Shown: one piece after another, positions 51,781-59,016 of the stretch
Layout of the letters: every line of letters begins with the position of its first letter
Numbering within the stretch: the first letter of the stretch is position 1
Assembly: GCF_001194135.2 (NCBI RefSeq)
Contig: NC_069004.1
Coordinates: 10,318,109 to 10,382,108 of the forward strand
Direction of reading: 5' to 3'
DNA length: 64,000 bases
Origin: Octopus bimaculoides
Lineage: Eukaryota
Notes under the pieces: model-generated
Databases searched by the model: none
The model's input: the letters and a program-made list of their open reading frames with translations, nothing else
What the model was told of the DNA's origin: nothing
Translations under genes and position numbers: made by a program

Positions 51781-53148
51781 TAATAATAATAACAACTGGC
51801 ATTCCATCAGTTATGATAATGAGGGTTCCAGTTGATCCAATCAACGGAACAGCCTGCTCATGAAATTAACATGCAAGTGCTTGAGCACTCTGCAGACATA
51901 TGTATCCTTAACATAGTTCTCAGGGAAATTCAACATGACACAGTGTGTAACAAGGCTAGCTCTTTGAAATACAGATACTATTCATCTTTGCCAGCTGAGT
52001 GGACTTGGCATATTCACATGATATTCATACATGTACACATACAATATGCATGCATGCATCACACATACTTGAGTCTTAAGGATGGTTACTCTGTTTCCAG
52101 GTCATATGACTGGGATCACAACATACGCCATAAACAGGACTGTAGGGCTCAAGGCAAGCAATTCTGAGGGGACGGAGCAAGCTGATCACACCAACCCCAT
52201 TACTTGACTGATGCTTTATTTTATCAACTCTAAAGGGATGAGATGCTAAGTTGACCTTGGTGGGATTTGAACTGGGAACATAGAGAACCAGAAGAAATGC
52301 TGTTAAGCATTTTGTCCAATGTGCCAACAACGTTGCCAGCTCACAGCCGTATGCATGTATGCATATTTAAACCTTTAGCATTTAAACCGGCCATATCCGG
52401 CTAAAAGTATTCTGCCTGTTTTATGTTCAAACTGACCAAATCTGGTCTCTCACACCAACCCTACAATATCGTTTTAAAAATTAACAACTACCTCATCAAA
52501 ATCTCATAGCTACAAGATAATGTATGATTAGTTCAAAACAATGTGGATGAAAAAGCATTAATTTTGGCAGAATAATGCAAACACTAAAGGGTTAAATCAT
52601 GAGCTAAGAAATAAAAATTTCCACTTCCAGGACACCTTCACAGGTTTTTGGTTTTTATAAAATGATCTCTTACTTTATCAAAGTCAACCAAAGCATTTGA
52701 GAACTGAAACCCAAAGAAATGAGAAAAGCGCCAATAATTACCATTTTACACTTTCTTTGCCAGGATACAGCTTCCCACTCTCCTTGTTTGCCTTCTTGCT
52801 ACTGCTGCGGCTCTTCTCCTTCGTAGTCTCGGCACTCTCCTCTTTGTAATATTTGCTGTCCGCCTTCTTGCTCGGTGCCAAGTGGAACGTCTCAAAGTCT
52901 TTGCTCTTGGTCATGTCGGCAACGGTGGTTCTCTGCAGAACTGCAGCATCAGATGAGCTGCTGCTGCTGCTGGGAGACATTTTTGGTGACTTGCTCTTGT
53001 TTGGATGGATGGCTACCTCTCCACAGGTCGTAGAGGAGACAGCATGGGTCTGGCTGGATGAAATTCTGTCAAACTGTTCGGCATCCTCATGGCCGTTAGA
53101 AGCACACAGGGACAGGCAGCTTTCACTTTCTTCTTTACAACTGCTCAT
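5653..53148 (-). CDS. UPF2: UPF2 / regulator of nonsense transcripts 2, full spliced CDS, 38 coding exons, about 1364 aa (three MIF4G domains, acidic region, C-terminal UPF1-binding region)
   Basis: Exon translations match UPF2 motifs I recognise (RPDETFFSKLDSNLRRNTAFVRKL, YDLLPFYSRLVATL, RPPMHEYIRKLLYKDLSKVTTEKVLRQMRKL, LFRIRLVCVLLDTCGQYF, RYQHPKGAPDADLIF). All introns GT-AG and phase-compatible; exon lengths sum to 4095 nt including the stop. Confidence 0.97.
6871..6949 (-). CDS. UPF2: UPF2 exon 38
   Basis: AERAEKEQMKQVVLGIHERQEEEDYQ; |GTAATA. Confidence 0.94.
7444..7830 (-). mobile_element. SINE family 1, full length (tRNA-like head, central TA/TG microsatellite, tail ending in TAAAAGAG-type repeats)
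   Basis: Collinear reverse complement of 28055-28479. Confidence 0.85.
7880..7942 (-). CDS. UPF2: UPF2 exon 37
   Basis: YTNLNVPISTEFAAKFKERER; |GTGAGT. Confidence 0.94.
8266..8342. repeat. 36-bp perfect tandem duplication
   Basis: TAACTGACAATGGTCAACCAGCAGCTAAACAACTAT x2. Confidence 0.95.
8730..9025 (-). mobile_element. Decayed RTE-type LINE ORF2 fragment
   Basis: SDIKESLHVEQLILCIERSQLW...HVIRM...PTGRKPRGRPR resembles the RTE post-RT region (IERxQLRWxGHVxRM...GRRPRGRPR). Confidence 0.75.
9150..9229 (-). CDS. UPF2: UPF2 exon 36
   Basis: TFPQNNIEYNDTIKFVLMTKKGNKQQ; |GTAAGT. Confidence 0.94.
9909..9990 (-). CDS. UPF2: UPF2 exon 35
   Basis: ARSQESLKVPQLDIAVPMHLRGQVRKQ; |GTAAGT (alternative in-frame donor at 9918/9917). 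Confidence 0.93.
10035..10500 (-). mobile_element. Decayed RTE-type LINE ORF2 fragment
   Basis: Minus strand reads ...GRGRPRKTWDKVV, the typical RTE C-terminal motif. Confidence 0.7.
11411..11506 (-). CDS. UPF2: UPF2 exon 34 (UPF1-binding helix)
   Basis: VTVLTGGPKHIKCTEDEDFLSAFDKMMADNLQ; |GTATGT. Confidence 0.95.
11784..11873 (-). CDS. UPF2: UPF2 exon 33 (acidic region)
   Basis: GEDYANSVHSEEDEEEDLLESAGEDETEDQ; TTTTACTAG| acceptor, |GTAAGA. Confidence 0.87.
12051..12160 (-). CDS. UPF2: UPF2 exon 32 (acidic region)
   Basis: EELSQNLSQVNNDETLIESETSQDDPSQSRTGSQVND; |GTTAGT. Confidence 0.85.
12591..12680 (-). CDS. UPF2: UPF2 exon 31
   Basis: AEVLPIIDTFDEMETNGLEECGFSTIIESD; |GTAAGT; phase 1 to 1. 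Confidence 0.88.
13417..13600 (-). CDS. UPF2: UPF2 exon 30 (end of MIF4G-3)
   Basis: RYYWFKKKLPLWTEDHPFPVDVD...EKEIKAKI; |GTGAGT. Confidence 0.96.
14239..14378 (-). CDS. UPF2: UPF2 exon 29
   Basis: DNVPSALDLPDHLFRIRLVCVLLDTCGQYFDKGSSKKKLDYFLVYFQ; |GTAGAG. Confidence 0.97.
16079..16217 (-). CDS. UPF2: UPF2 exon 28
   Basis: INHPKYNQRRVSAIKYLGELYNYRMVESSVIFKVLYSFISFG; |GTAAGT. Confidence 0.97.
17745..17804 (-). CDS. UPF2: UPF2 exon 27
   Basis: ELVAIQVVDGILEDIRIGME; |GTAAGC. Confidence 0.96.
18462..18563 (-). CDS. UPF2: UPF2 exon 26
   Basis: VAFYATKCLTAVWNIRYNSIHCAANLLAGLAPYH; |GTAAGT. Confidence 0.96.
19113..19154 (-). CDS. UPF2: UPF2 exon 25
   Basis: VLRQMRKLDWDNPE; |GTAAGA. Confidence 0.95.
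19698..19992. mobile_element. hAT (Charlie-like) MITE
   Basis: TIRs CAGGGGTTTTCAAACT / AGTTTGAAAACCCCT; perfect 8-bp TSD TTCTAAAC at 19690-19697 and 19993-20000. Confidence 0.9.
20193..20378 (-). CDS. UPF2: UPF2 exon 24 (MIF4G-2/3 junction)
   Basis: DVVMRKKAALHLDSRYITMIENAYYYSNPP...LYKDLSKVTTEK; |GTGATA. Confidence 0.97.
20744..21005 (+). repeat. 262-bp local direct duplication, copy 1 (copy 2 at 21636-21897)
   Basis: About 100 bp of unique flank plus a SINE head with shared diagnostic substitutions. Confidence 0.9.
21474..21590 (-). CDS. UPF2: UPF2 exon 23
   Basis: NLLVDFTHHNIEMACALLETCGRYLYRQMDSHHRTKVYL; |GTAAGT; phase 0 to 0. Confidence 0.97.
21741..22120 (+). mobile_element. SINE family 1, full length, diverged
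   Basis: Head with GGTTCAGTCCC B-box, body and tail match other copies. Confidence 0.8.
22305..22360 (-). CDS. UPF2: UPF2 exon 22
   Basis: GELVKFKMFPKTETLFCLK; |GTAAAA. Confidence 0.95.
23178..23235 (-). CDS. UPF2: UPF2 exon 21
   Basis: IRKKDQINIESKLKTVRFI; |GTTAGT. Confidence 0.96.
24212..24320 (-). CDS. UPF2: UPF2 exon 20
   Basis: YDLLPFYSRLVATLYPCMPDVANDLVHLLKGDFRWH; |GTAAGT. Confidence 0.97.
25200..25285 (-). CDS. UPF2: UPF2 exon 19
   Basis: NAVDFCMSFNTKTNRKKLVRALFTVHRT; |GTTAGT; phase 0 to 2. Confidence 0.95.
26513..26607 (-). CDS. UPF2: UPF2 exon 18 (start of MIF4G-2)
   Basis: EEEGDTGHLMKAQFDTFLQSLPNCVNRELIDK; |GTACCA. Confidence 0.94.
26870..27102 (+). mobile_element. SINE family 2 (tRNA-like head GGCGGTGAGCTGGCAGAATCG..., about 230 bp)
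   Basis: 17-bp TSD AGAA(C/T)ATGTTACTGTAA at 26853-26869 and 27103-27119; B-box-like GAGTTCAAATT. Confidence 0.9.
28055..28479 (+). mobile_element. SINE family 1, full length, young
   Basis: A-box-like TGGCTGTGTGG, B-box-like GGTTCAGTCCC, (TA)n(TG)n core, (TAAAAGAA)n tail; near-identical to 39804-40210. Confidence 0.88.
28513..28674 (-). CDS. UPF2: UPF2 exon 17 (acidic linker)
   Basis: DIETLKIEDIDPEIEF...LDMIHQPDI; weak donor G|GTTGGT chosen because the next exon needs phase 1. Confidence 0.85.
29206..29790 (-). mobile_element. Probable non-autonomous Helitron inserted in (TA)n
   Basis: Minus strand ends in a small CCGG-N6-CCGG hairpin followed by CTAGT; both ends sit in TA repeats; partial inverted copy at about 18690-18833. 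Confidence 0.55.
30064..30136 (-). CDS. UPF2: UPF2 exon 16
   Basis: ILYKESEHASSKDETKEDVTALEE; |GTACAC; phase 0 to 1. Confidence 0.9.
30803..31033 (-). mobile_element. SINE family 2
   Basis: Reverse complement of the 26870 copy; 10-bp TSD TAGCTATTCT at 30793-30802 and 31034-31043. Confidence 0.9.
31109..31201 (-). CDS. UPF2: UPF2 exon 15
   Basis: FHYEGDTSLFEDEDTRTFYESLPDLRSLIPG; |GTAAGT. Confidence 0.95.
32177..32238 (-). CDS. UPF2: UPF2 exon 14
   Basis: ELKQDSEGAMFDIFNPIKNAE; |GTAAGT; phase 1 to 0. Confidence 0.9.
32343..32407. repeat. 22-bp tandem repeat x3
   Basis: ATGGACACCATACAGTCATTTT units. Confidence 0.9.
32613..32652 (-). CDS. UPF2: UPF2 exon 13
   Basis: DLLDEEIPDLPEE; |GTAAGT; phase 0 to 1. 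Confidence 0.93.
33520..33612 (-). CDS. UPF2: UPF2 exon 12
   Basis: TKGELSNERKENYETAIVNYQKLQQNTYTLA; |GTACGT. Confidence 0.93.
34324..34697 (+). mobile_element. 5'-truncated RTE-type LINE 3' end with (GAT)n tail
   Basis: Ends ...GCATGGAAAGCGGATGTTAAACGATGATGAT. Same family at 1757-2010(-), 12935-13225(+), 36412-36720(-), 42449-42750(+), 51075-51295(+), 56149-56338(-). Confidence 0.8.
34840..34971 (-). CDS. UPF2: UPF2 exon 11
   Basis: MLPPERQKACRNLLKEYY...EQQNRKILQ; |GTAAGT. Confidence 0.95.
35992..36034 (-). CDS. UPF2: UPF2 exon 10
   Basis: ILAEKHNLEIERSN; |GTAAGT; phase 2 to 0. Confidence 0.92.
36412..36720 (-). mobile_element. RTE-type LINE 3' end, inverted relative to the 34324 copy
   Basis: (CAT)n at the left end and reverse-complement body. 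Confidence 0.8.
37014..37231 (-). CDS. UPF2: UPF2 exon 9
   Basis: IANLSKYRVDLRFFAELV...SFCKHCGDDYVGIVPRKY; |GTATGT; phase 0 to 2. Confidence 0.96.
38041..38190 (-). CDS. UPF2: UPF2 exon 8
   Basis: AAALTEAKLKMSDINCAVLICSLLHQRYADFSSCLMENWQKYLLCKKEER; |GTACGA. Confidence 0.95.
38607..38872 (+). mobile_element. SINE family 3-related, diverged
   Basis: Head GTGGAGGCACATGGCC... and body AAAACACCTAAGCTCCAC shared with family 3. Confidence 0.65.
39568..39648 (-). CDS. UPF2: UPF2 exon 7
   Basis: RNLTESLKDSLTKDIQSLNLSKYIGEA; |GTAAGT. Confidence 0.96.
39804..40210 (+). mobile_element. SINE family 1, full length, young
   Basis: Near-identical to 28055-28479. Further partial copies at about 4385, 6665, 7250, 11040, 20846, 26000, 29826, 31733, 33233, 35022, 35190, 37355, 43985, 46115, 46953, 55300. 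Confidence 0.88.
41164..41240 (-). CDS. UPF2: UPF2 exon 6 (start of MIF4G-1)
   Basis: ENRPDETFFSKLDSNLRRNTAFVRKL; |GTAAGT. Confidence 0.96.
42064..42148 (-). CDS. UPF2: UPF2 exon 5
   Basis: RTIQDYIQEVKERLDQKNYLRGKNLNAA; |GTGAGT; phase 0 to 1. Confidence 0.92.
42449..42750 (+). mobile_element. RTE-type LINE 3' end
   Basis: Same body and (GAT)n tail as the 34324 copy. Confidence 0.8.
42922..42963 (-). CDS. UPF2: UPF2 exon 4
   Basis: KKKEAEEAQIQEEL; 42 nt; |GTAGGT. Confidence 0.88.
43194..43568 (-). mobile_element. SINE family 3 nested in an older family 2 SINE (43062-43660)
   Basis: 10-bp TSD TCAATAAAAT at 43184-43193 and 43569-43578; the host SINE resumes in register on both sides. Confidence 0.9.
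43682..43911. mobile_element. piggyBac-type MITE family B
   Basis: TTAA at both ends; collinear with 45795-46023. Confidence 0.8.
44310..44466 (-). CDS. UPF2: UPF2 exon 3 (charged coiled-coil-like)
   Basis: PLKAGKEPR...KEEEEKRKLEEEKKKQEEEMRLQEELLR; TTACAG| acceptor, |GTCAGT donor; phase 2 to 0. Confidence 0.88.
44592..44869. mobile_element. Same hAT MITE family, opposite orientation
   Basis: Internal sequence is the reverse complement of the 19698 copy; about 23-bp TIR; the 8-bp flanks do not match (no TSD). Confidence 0.85.
45300..45680 (+). mobile_element. RTE LINE remnant: ORF2 C-terminus (DEVVRKDLQMLGL..DRHVW) joined to the (GAT)n-tailed 3'UTR
   Basis: Translation resembles RTE ORF2 C-termini; followed by the family 3'UTR ending ATGATGATGA. 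Confidence 0.7.
45795..46023. mobile_element. piggyBac-type MITE family B
   Basis: TTAA-CCCTTTC...AAAAGGG-TTAA; second copy at 43682-43911. Confidence 0.82.
48121..48340 (+). mobile_element. SINE family 2
   Basis: Matches the 26870 copy with a small internal deletion. Confidence 0.85.
51499..51712 (-). mobile_element. SINE family 2 variant (different 3' tail)
   Basis: Perfect 18-bp TSD TGTACTTGGCATAATAAT at 51481-51498 and 51713-51730. Related copies at about 2160, 6137, 6447, 8430, 25603, 25810, 32822, 52153. Confidence 0.88.
52367..52595. mobile_element. piggyBac-type MITE family A (about 225 bp)
   Basis: Ends resemble TTAA-CCCTTTAGCA...TGCTAAAGGG-TTAA. Other copies at 327-549, 12301-12524, 23395-23620, 36188-36410, 37426-37653, 47316-47530. 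Confidence 0.8.
52742..53148 (-). CDS. UPF2: UPF2 exon 2 (first coding; exon starts at 53166), Ser/Lys/Glu-rich N-terminus
   Basis: MSSCKEESES...GKESVK; ATG with A at -3; donor TG|GTAATT, phase 2, matches the next exon. Confidence 0.8.
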
Positions 53149-53311
53149 GATAAACAGCTTTTAAATCTAGATAACAAAAACAAAAGTTATAAAGGAGTTA
53201 TTCCTTCACAGTGTCACTACTACAAGGTTTGGCTGGAAAGTTCATAGATTGACCAAGATACTCTCATGGAATGTGACTAAATGAGGTTTCTTTTTCAATA
53301 TAGTCTCCTTG

Positions 53312-53700
53312 GTGGAGGCGCAATGGCCCAGTGGTTAGGGCAGCGGACTCGCGGTCGTAGGATTGCGGTTTCGATTCCCAGACCAGGCGTTGTGAGTGTT
53401 TATTGAGCGAAAACACCTAAAGCTCCACGAGGCTCCGGCAGGGGATGGTGGCGAACCCTGCTGTACTCTTCCACCACAACTTTCTGTCACTCTTTCTTCC
53501 TGTTTCTGTTGTACCTGTAATTCAAAGGGCCAGCCTTGTCACACTGTGTCACGCTGAATATCCCCGAGAACTACGTTAAGGGTACACGTGTGACTGTGGA
53601 GTGCTCAGCCACTTGCACGTTAATTTCACGAGCTGGCTGTTCCGTTGGTCGGATCAACTGGAACCCTCAACGTCGTAAGCGACGGAGTGCCAACAACAAG
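53312..53700 (+). mobile_element. SINE family 3 (tRNA-Arg-like head GGAGGCGCAATGGCCCAGTGG..., about 390 bp, (CAA)n tail)
   Basis: 12-bp TSD ATAGT(C/T)TCCTTG at 53300-53311 and 53701-53712; A/B-box-like motifs. Confidence 0.9.
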
Positions 53701-53799
53701 ATAGTTTCCTTGCAGCCCACGTCTTCTATCATTGTTGCAGTGCTCGGATCCCATTGGTGAAGAAGCTTTGATCTTGTTTGTCAAAAAAAGTCATCAACA

Positions 53800-54045
53800 G
53801 CAGACGTGACATTATTATCACTGCAATGCTGGTTCCCAGCCAAGTGCTTCTTTTATGTTGGGAACAAGGTTTGTCAGATATGTCTCAATCAAATCACCAT
53901 ATTGAAACCTTTTAAACCACAGCTGACATATACGAGCTTTCACTGCATCCAGATACACTTCACACATTGCTTCTGTAGCAGTACCGTTTTCTTCAAAACT
54001 CATACAGTAAGCAATGGCAAATATGTTCCCCTCCATGGAATTAAT
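53800..54045 (-). mobile_element. Decayed mariner transposase N-terminal HTH fragment
   Basis: YCMSFEENGTATEAMCEVYLDAVKARICQLWFKRFQYGD resembles the mariner HTH (HCMLYEF...ICEVY..AV..RTCQxWFxRF..GD). Confidence 0.7.
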
Positions 54046-54564
54046 TACCGAAATAACTACGAATGACACACTGCCAGATGGAAGAGATGATATACTATTT
54101 GTAGACAGTTCTCACCAATTCAACCTTGTGAATGGTTGATTCATATTTCAAAGTAGTGAAAAAAAAAAACAATTACTTTCCGAACTCCCTAATATATACA
54201 GATACATCATAGACACATCAAAGCAAAATAAAAAATTTCTTAAACAACACAAAAAACAGCAGGACACCAGCAGACAAAATATCCTGCAGTCCTCGGTTTT
54301 ATGTATCTGGGGATCATCATCACCATTTAACGTGCACTTTTCCATGCCTGCATGGATTGGACATAGTTTGTAAAGGCAAACATTTTTGGCCAGATGTTCT
54401 TCATGTTGCCAACTCCCACCTGTTTTCAAGCAAGATGATATTTTCCATGGCCAGACATGTTTTTTAAAGAAGACTGGAAACAAACAACACATTTATTCAC
54501 AACAACCATCATGTTATGTCAAGACAAGAGTACACAGAAATAAATAAATATTATATATACACAC

Positions 54565-54870
54565 ACTTTAGGTTAGTTAAAATATGTTTGTGACATGTTT
54601 CAACTTCTAAAGGCAAATTCACTGCAGTTACCATGGAGAAAGAATTCTCTCTTATGGTAAAAGGTGTAAAAATACCATATCTGCCAAGTGCTTCCCTCTA
54701 CTGGATTCCAGGCACATTTCTAGTTGTTTAGCCATTGGGGTAGCACTAGACAGATGTAGTGTTTTCATACCTTTTACCATGAGAGAGAATTTTTTCCTCT
54801 ATAGCAGCTGCAGTGAATTTGCCTTTAAAAGTTGAAATATGTCACAAACATATTTTAACTAGCCTCAAGT
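54565..54870. mobile_element. Foldback/MITE-like element with about 115-bp imperfect inverted arms
   Basis: 54565-54683 is the reverse complement of about 54751-54870 with scattered mismatches. Confidence 0.75.
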
Positions 54871-55230
54871 TTGCTTCTGCCTAAACACTACTTGGCACTG
54901 ATACTTTTGGATNNNNNNNNNNNNNNNNNNNNNNNNNNNNNNNNNNNNNNNNNNNNNNNNNNNNNNNNNNNNNNNNNNNNNNNNNNNNNNNNNNNNNNNN
55001 NNNNNNNNNNNNNNNNNNNNNNNNNNNNNNNNNNNNNNNNNNNNNNNNNNNNNNNNNNNNNNNNNNNNNNNNNNNNNNNNNNNNNNNNNNNNNNNNNNNN
55101 NNNNNNNNNNNNNNNNNNNNNNNNNNNNNNNNNNNNNNNNNNNNNNNNNNNNNNNNNNNNNNNNNNNNNNNNNNNNNNNNNNNNNNNNNNNNNNNNNNNN
55201 NNNNNNNNNNNNNNNNNNNNNNNNNNNNNN

Positions 55231-55273
<43 letters not shown>

Positions 55274-55952
55274 ATAAATACATACACACATACATGTGAT
55301 GGGTTTCTTTTGGTTTCCCTCTACCAAATCCATTCACAAGACTTTGGATAACCTGGAGCAATAGTAGAAGATATTTGCCCAAGGTGTCAAGTGGAAGAAC
55401 TGACTACAAGATTACATGGTTGGAAAACAAGCTTCTTAGCCACAGAACCAAGCCTGCACCTCAAATGGAAATAGAAACTCATCATGTACCAGGGTGAATT
55501 CAATTATATCTCTCCAATACAAACTTCTGGTCTGGTGCCAATGTGAGAAATTATTATTATCAGACAAGAAATCCCATGCTATACTAAATTAATTTGATGA
55601 GTTATGCAGGCTTAAAGGAAGTAAAAAACAAACAAACCACACCTTTATATAGCTTAGCTCTAAATGTGAATCAGAATACACAGAAAGACAAATGAAATAG
55701 CCATACAGAATTGATGAAGAGTCTGAAAGCCATAGAAGTAGCAGCTGAAGATTATAGATTTAAAAAAAAAAAGTTACTCTAATGTGGGACCATCATTCTC
55801 TATGCTGTACCCAGAGAGAGAGTTGAACTTAGTACTACAAGTTAACAAACCACTGTATTTAACAATCCAACTGTGTAAGTTTACAGATTTAAGCTTTTCC
55901 AATCCTACCGTTTTGGCGGGTAATGTAAAGAGGATCTGGATTAGCCATGGAT

Positions 55953-56001
<49 letters not shown>

Positions 56002-57113
56002 CACACACCCACACAAACACAAACTATGAACTATTTAGCTGGTAATTTTCTACTTATCAAACTGGACATCTGTGATTCTCATAACAGAAGGCTAATTATG
56101 CAAACTGTAAGACAAAATCTTAAAAACACACATTGTGTATGTATTTACATCATCATCATCATCATCATCATCATCGTTTAACGTCCGCTTTCCATGCTAG
56201 CATGGGTTGGACGATTTGACTGAGGACTGGTGAAACCGGATGGCAACACCAGGCTCCAGTCTGATTTGGCAGAGTTTCTACAGCTGGATGCCCTTCCTAA
56301 CGCCAACCACTCAGAGAGTGTAGTGGGTGCTTTTACGTNNNNNNNNNNNNNNNNNNNNNNNNNNNNNNNNNNNNNNNNNNNNNNNNNNNNNNNNNNNNNN
56401 NNNNNNNNNNNNNNNNNNNNNNNNNNNNNNNNNNNNNNNNNNNNNNNNNNNNNNNNNNNNNNNNNNNNNNNNNNNNNNNNNNNNNNNNNNNNNNNNNNNN
56501 NNNNNNNNNNNNNNNNNNNNNNNNNNNNNNNNNNNNNNNNNNNNNNNNNNNNNNNNNNNNNNNNNNNNNNNNNNNNNNNNNNNNNNNNNNNNNNNNNNNN
56601 NNNNNNNNNNNNNNNNNNNNNNNNNNNNNNNNNNNNNNNNNNNNNNNNNNNNNNNNNNNNNNNNNNNNNNNNNNNNNNNNNNNNNNNNNNNNNNNNNNNN
56701 NNNNNNNNNNNNNNNNNNNNNNNNNNNNNNNNNNNNNNNNNNNNNNNNNNNNNNNNNNNNNNNNNNNNNNNNNNNNNNNNNNNNNNNNNNNNNNNNNNNN
56801 NNNNNNNNNNNNNNNNNNNNNNNNNNNNNNNNNNNNNNNNNNNNNNNNNNNNNNNNNNNNNNNNNNNNNNNNNNNNNNNNNNNNNNNNNNNNNNNNNNNN
56901 NNNNNNNNNNNNNNNNNNNNNNNNNNNNNNNNNNNNNNNNNNNNNNNNNNNNNNNNNNNNNNNNNNNNNNNNNNNNNAAAGGATTACAACCTATGTGATC
57001 CATAGGGATCTGTGAATATCACAGATCCCTATGGATCACATAGGTTGTAATCCTTTGAAACATATGTAGGAATAAAGTATGCAATTATAACATGCGTTTT
57101 CTCCATTCCTTAA

Positions 57114-57170
<57 letters not shown>

Positions 57171-57732
57171 GATACATAAATACATCTACATATGTATATA
57201 CACACACACACATACATACATACATATCATCACTGTTTTAAACCACTTTGCATGCTGGAATGGGTTGGATGGGACACCAGAATTTTCGGTGGTGCTGCCC
57301 ATGTAGACAAGTCAGAAGATTACACCTTGCTCATGAGAGAGAGAGAGTGCTGGTACTCTGTGGTATAACAATATTGCAGTCTTGTCAGTGAATTACTTCA
57401 TTTTTGTCAATCTAGTTACCACATACAAATCTCCTCATACCAACAAGCTCACTACAAAGTATGGTACATAATCTATGTACCATATGTGGTTACCAGACAA
57501 GGAATTCAGTTTCTAGGTTGTATATCTTGAAAACTGTATTACGACAGGTATTTTCACAATGTAGTTCATTTATGGTTTCATATTTTATTCTAATATACAG
57601 TCATAATATTGTCCTTACATGCACAGAATCATACATTTTCTTTACAAAACCACATAAAAATAATTTTTTTCAATATGTACACGATGAAAGATACATTTGT
57701 TTTTTCCACAAACTATACTTATAAAAAAAAAA

Positions 57733-58124
57733 TGTAGAGGCGCAATGGCCTAGTGGTTAGGGCAGCGGACTCGCGGTCATAGGATCGCGGTTTCGATTCC
57801 CAGACCAAGCGTTATGAGTGTTTATTGAGCGAAAACACCTAAAGCTCCACGAGGCTCTGGCAGGAGATGGTGGCGAACCCTGCTGTACTCTTTCACCACA
57901 ACTTTCTCTCACTCTTACTTCCTGTTTCTGTTGTGTCTGTAATTCAAAGGGTCAGCCTTGTCACACTCTGTGTCATGCTGAATATCCCCCAAGAACTACA
58001 TTAAGGGTTCACGTGTCTGTAGAGTGCTCAGCCACTTGCACGTTAATTTCACGAGCAGGCTGTTCTGTTGATCGGATCAACTGGAACCCTCGACATCGTA
58101 AACGACGGAGTGCCAACAACAACA
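57733..58124 (+). mobile_element. SINE family 3
   Basis: Collinear with the 53312 copy; TSD core ACTTATAAAA at 57717-57726 and 58125-58134. Confidence 0.88.
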
Positions 58125-58763
58125 ACTTATAAAATGGTGGTGGGGTTTAAAGCAAGAGTGCATCTCATACACCAGCAATATGCACTATATATTACCTCAT
58201 CTCGTGACCTGAAGCAGTTCTGGCTGCTGTCTTTAACAGGTTGAGCAACCACACAGAACCTCCATTGGAATTACCAGCTTTAATGAGAAGTCACTATGAG
58301 AAGTCACTATGCATATGGTCACTAATTCTAGTAGTAAAATCTGGCACAAATTCCAACTTACAGTCTTTATAAAAGGAAACACTGAATAATGTACTCCTAG
58401 ACATACTATGTCAAAATGAGAGGGATGTTGTGGACTATGACAGGTCCACTCAGTGAGGGATAGCATGGATGTAACAGCAACGACCAATGGAAATTATGCT
58501 AATCTAGAACAAGGCCAGACACACTGAAATAGCAAGATTATCAATAAGATATATATACATTTTGTAGATTATAAATCATTTCAAAGAGTTAAATAATAAA
58601 TGTGTCCAGGTGCAGGAAGATTTATTATAGAGTAGCAAATCAAGAGATAGATGTACCCTGATAAAGACTAATGAAAATTTTAAACGAATTCAAAGAAGTT
58701 CAGTTAGTGGAAGGCAGGAGAGTGATTTAATTACAGTAGAACTTAGAATAAACTTTATAAATA

Positions 58764-58885
58764 TATTGGGTTGTCCAGAAAGTTCATGCCGATTTTTAAA
58801 GGAAAGAAAAAGGTCAATAAATACTTGCCATTACATTTTTAATCAACCAAATATGAACCATTTTGTTGCACAATGCGTCTCCTGA
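58764..58885 (+). mobile_element. Mariner-like terminal fragment
   Basis: TATTGGGTTGTCCAGAAAGTTC resembles mariner TIR starts; no partner TIR found. Confidence 0.5.
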
Positions 58886-58943
58886 CACTATGTGTCAGTT
58901 TTTTTTCATTTTTGTGTAATTCTAAGACAATTTATTCACCGCA

Positions 58944-59012
<69 letters not shown>

Positions 59013-59016
<4 letters not shown>

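Noticed and set aside
52761-52769. U12-like donor GTATCCTG, in frame, 27 nt inside exon 2
   Set aside because: No U12 branch point (TCCTTAAC) at the downstream acceptors, which look U2-type; probably a chance codon sequence.
53312-53390. tRNA-like sequences at SINE heads (also 26870, 28055, 57733)
   Set aside because: They have A/B boxes but broken cloverleaf stems and run into repeat bodies with TSDs; SINEs, not tRNA genes.
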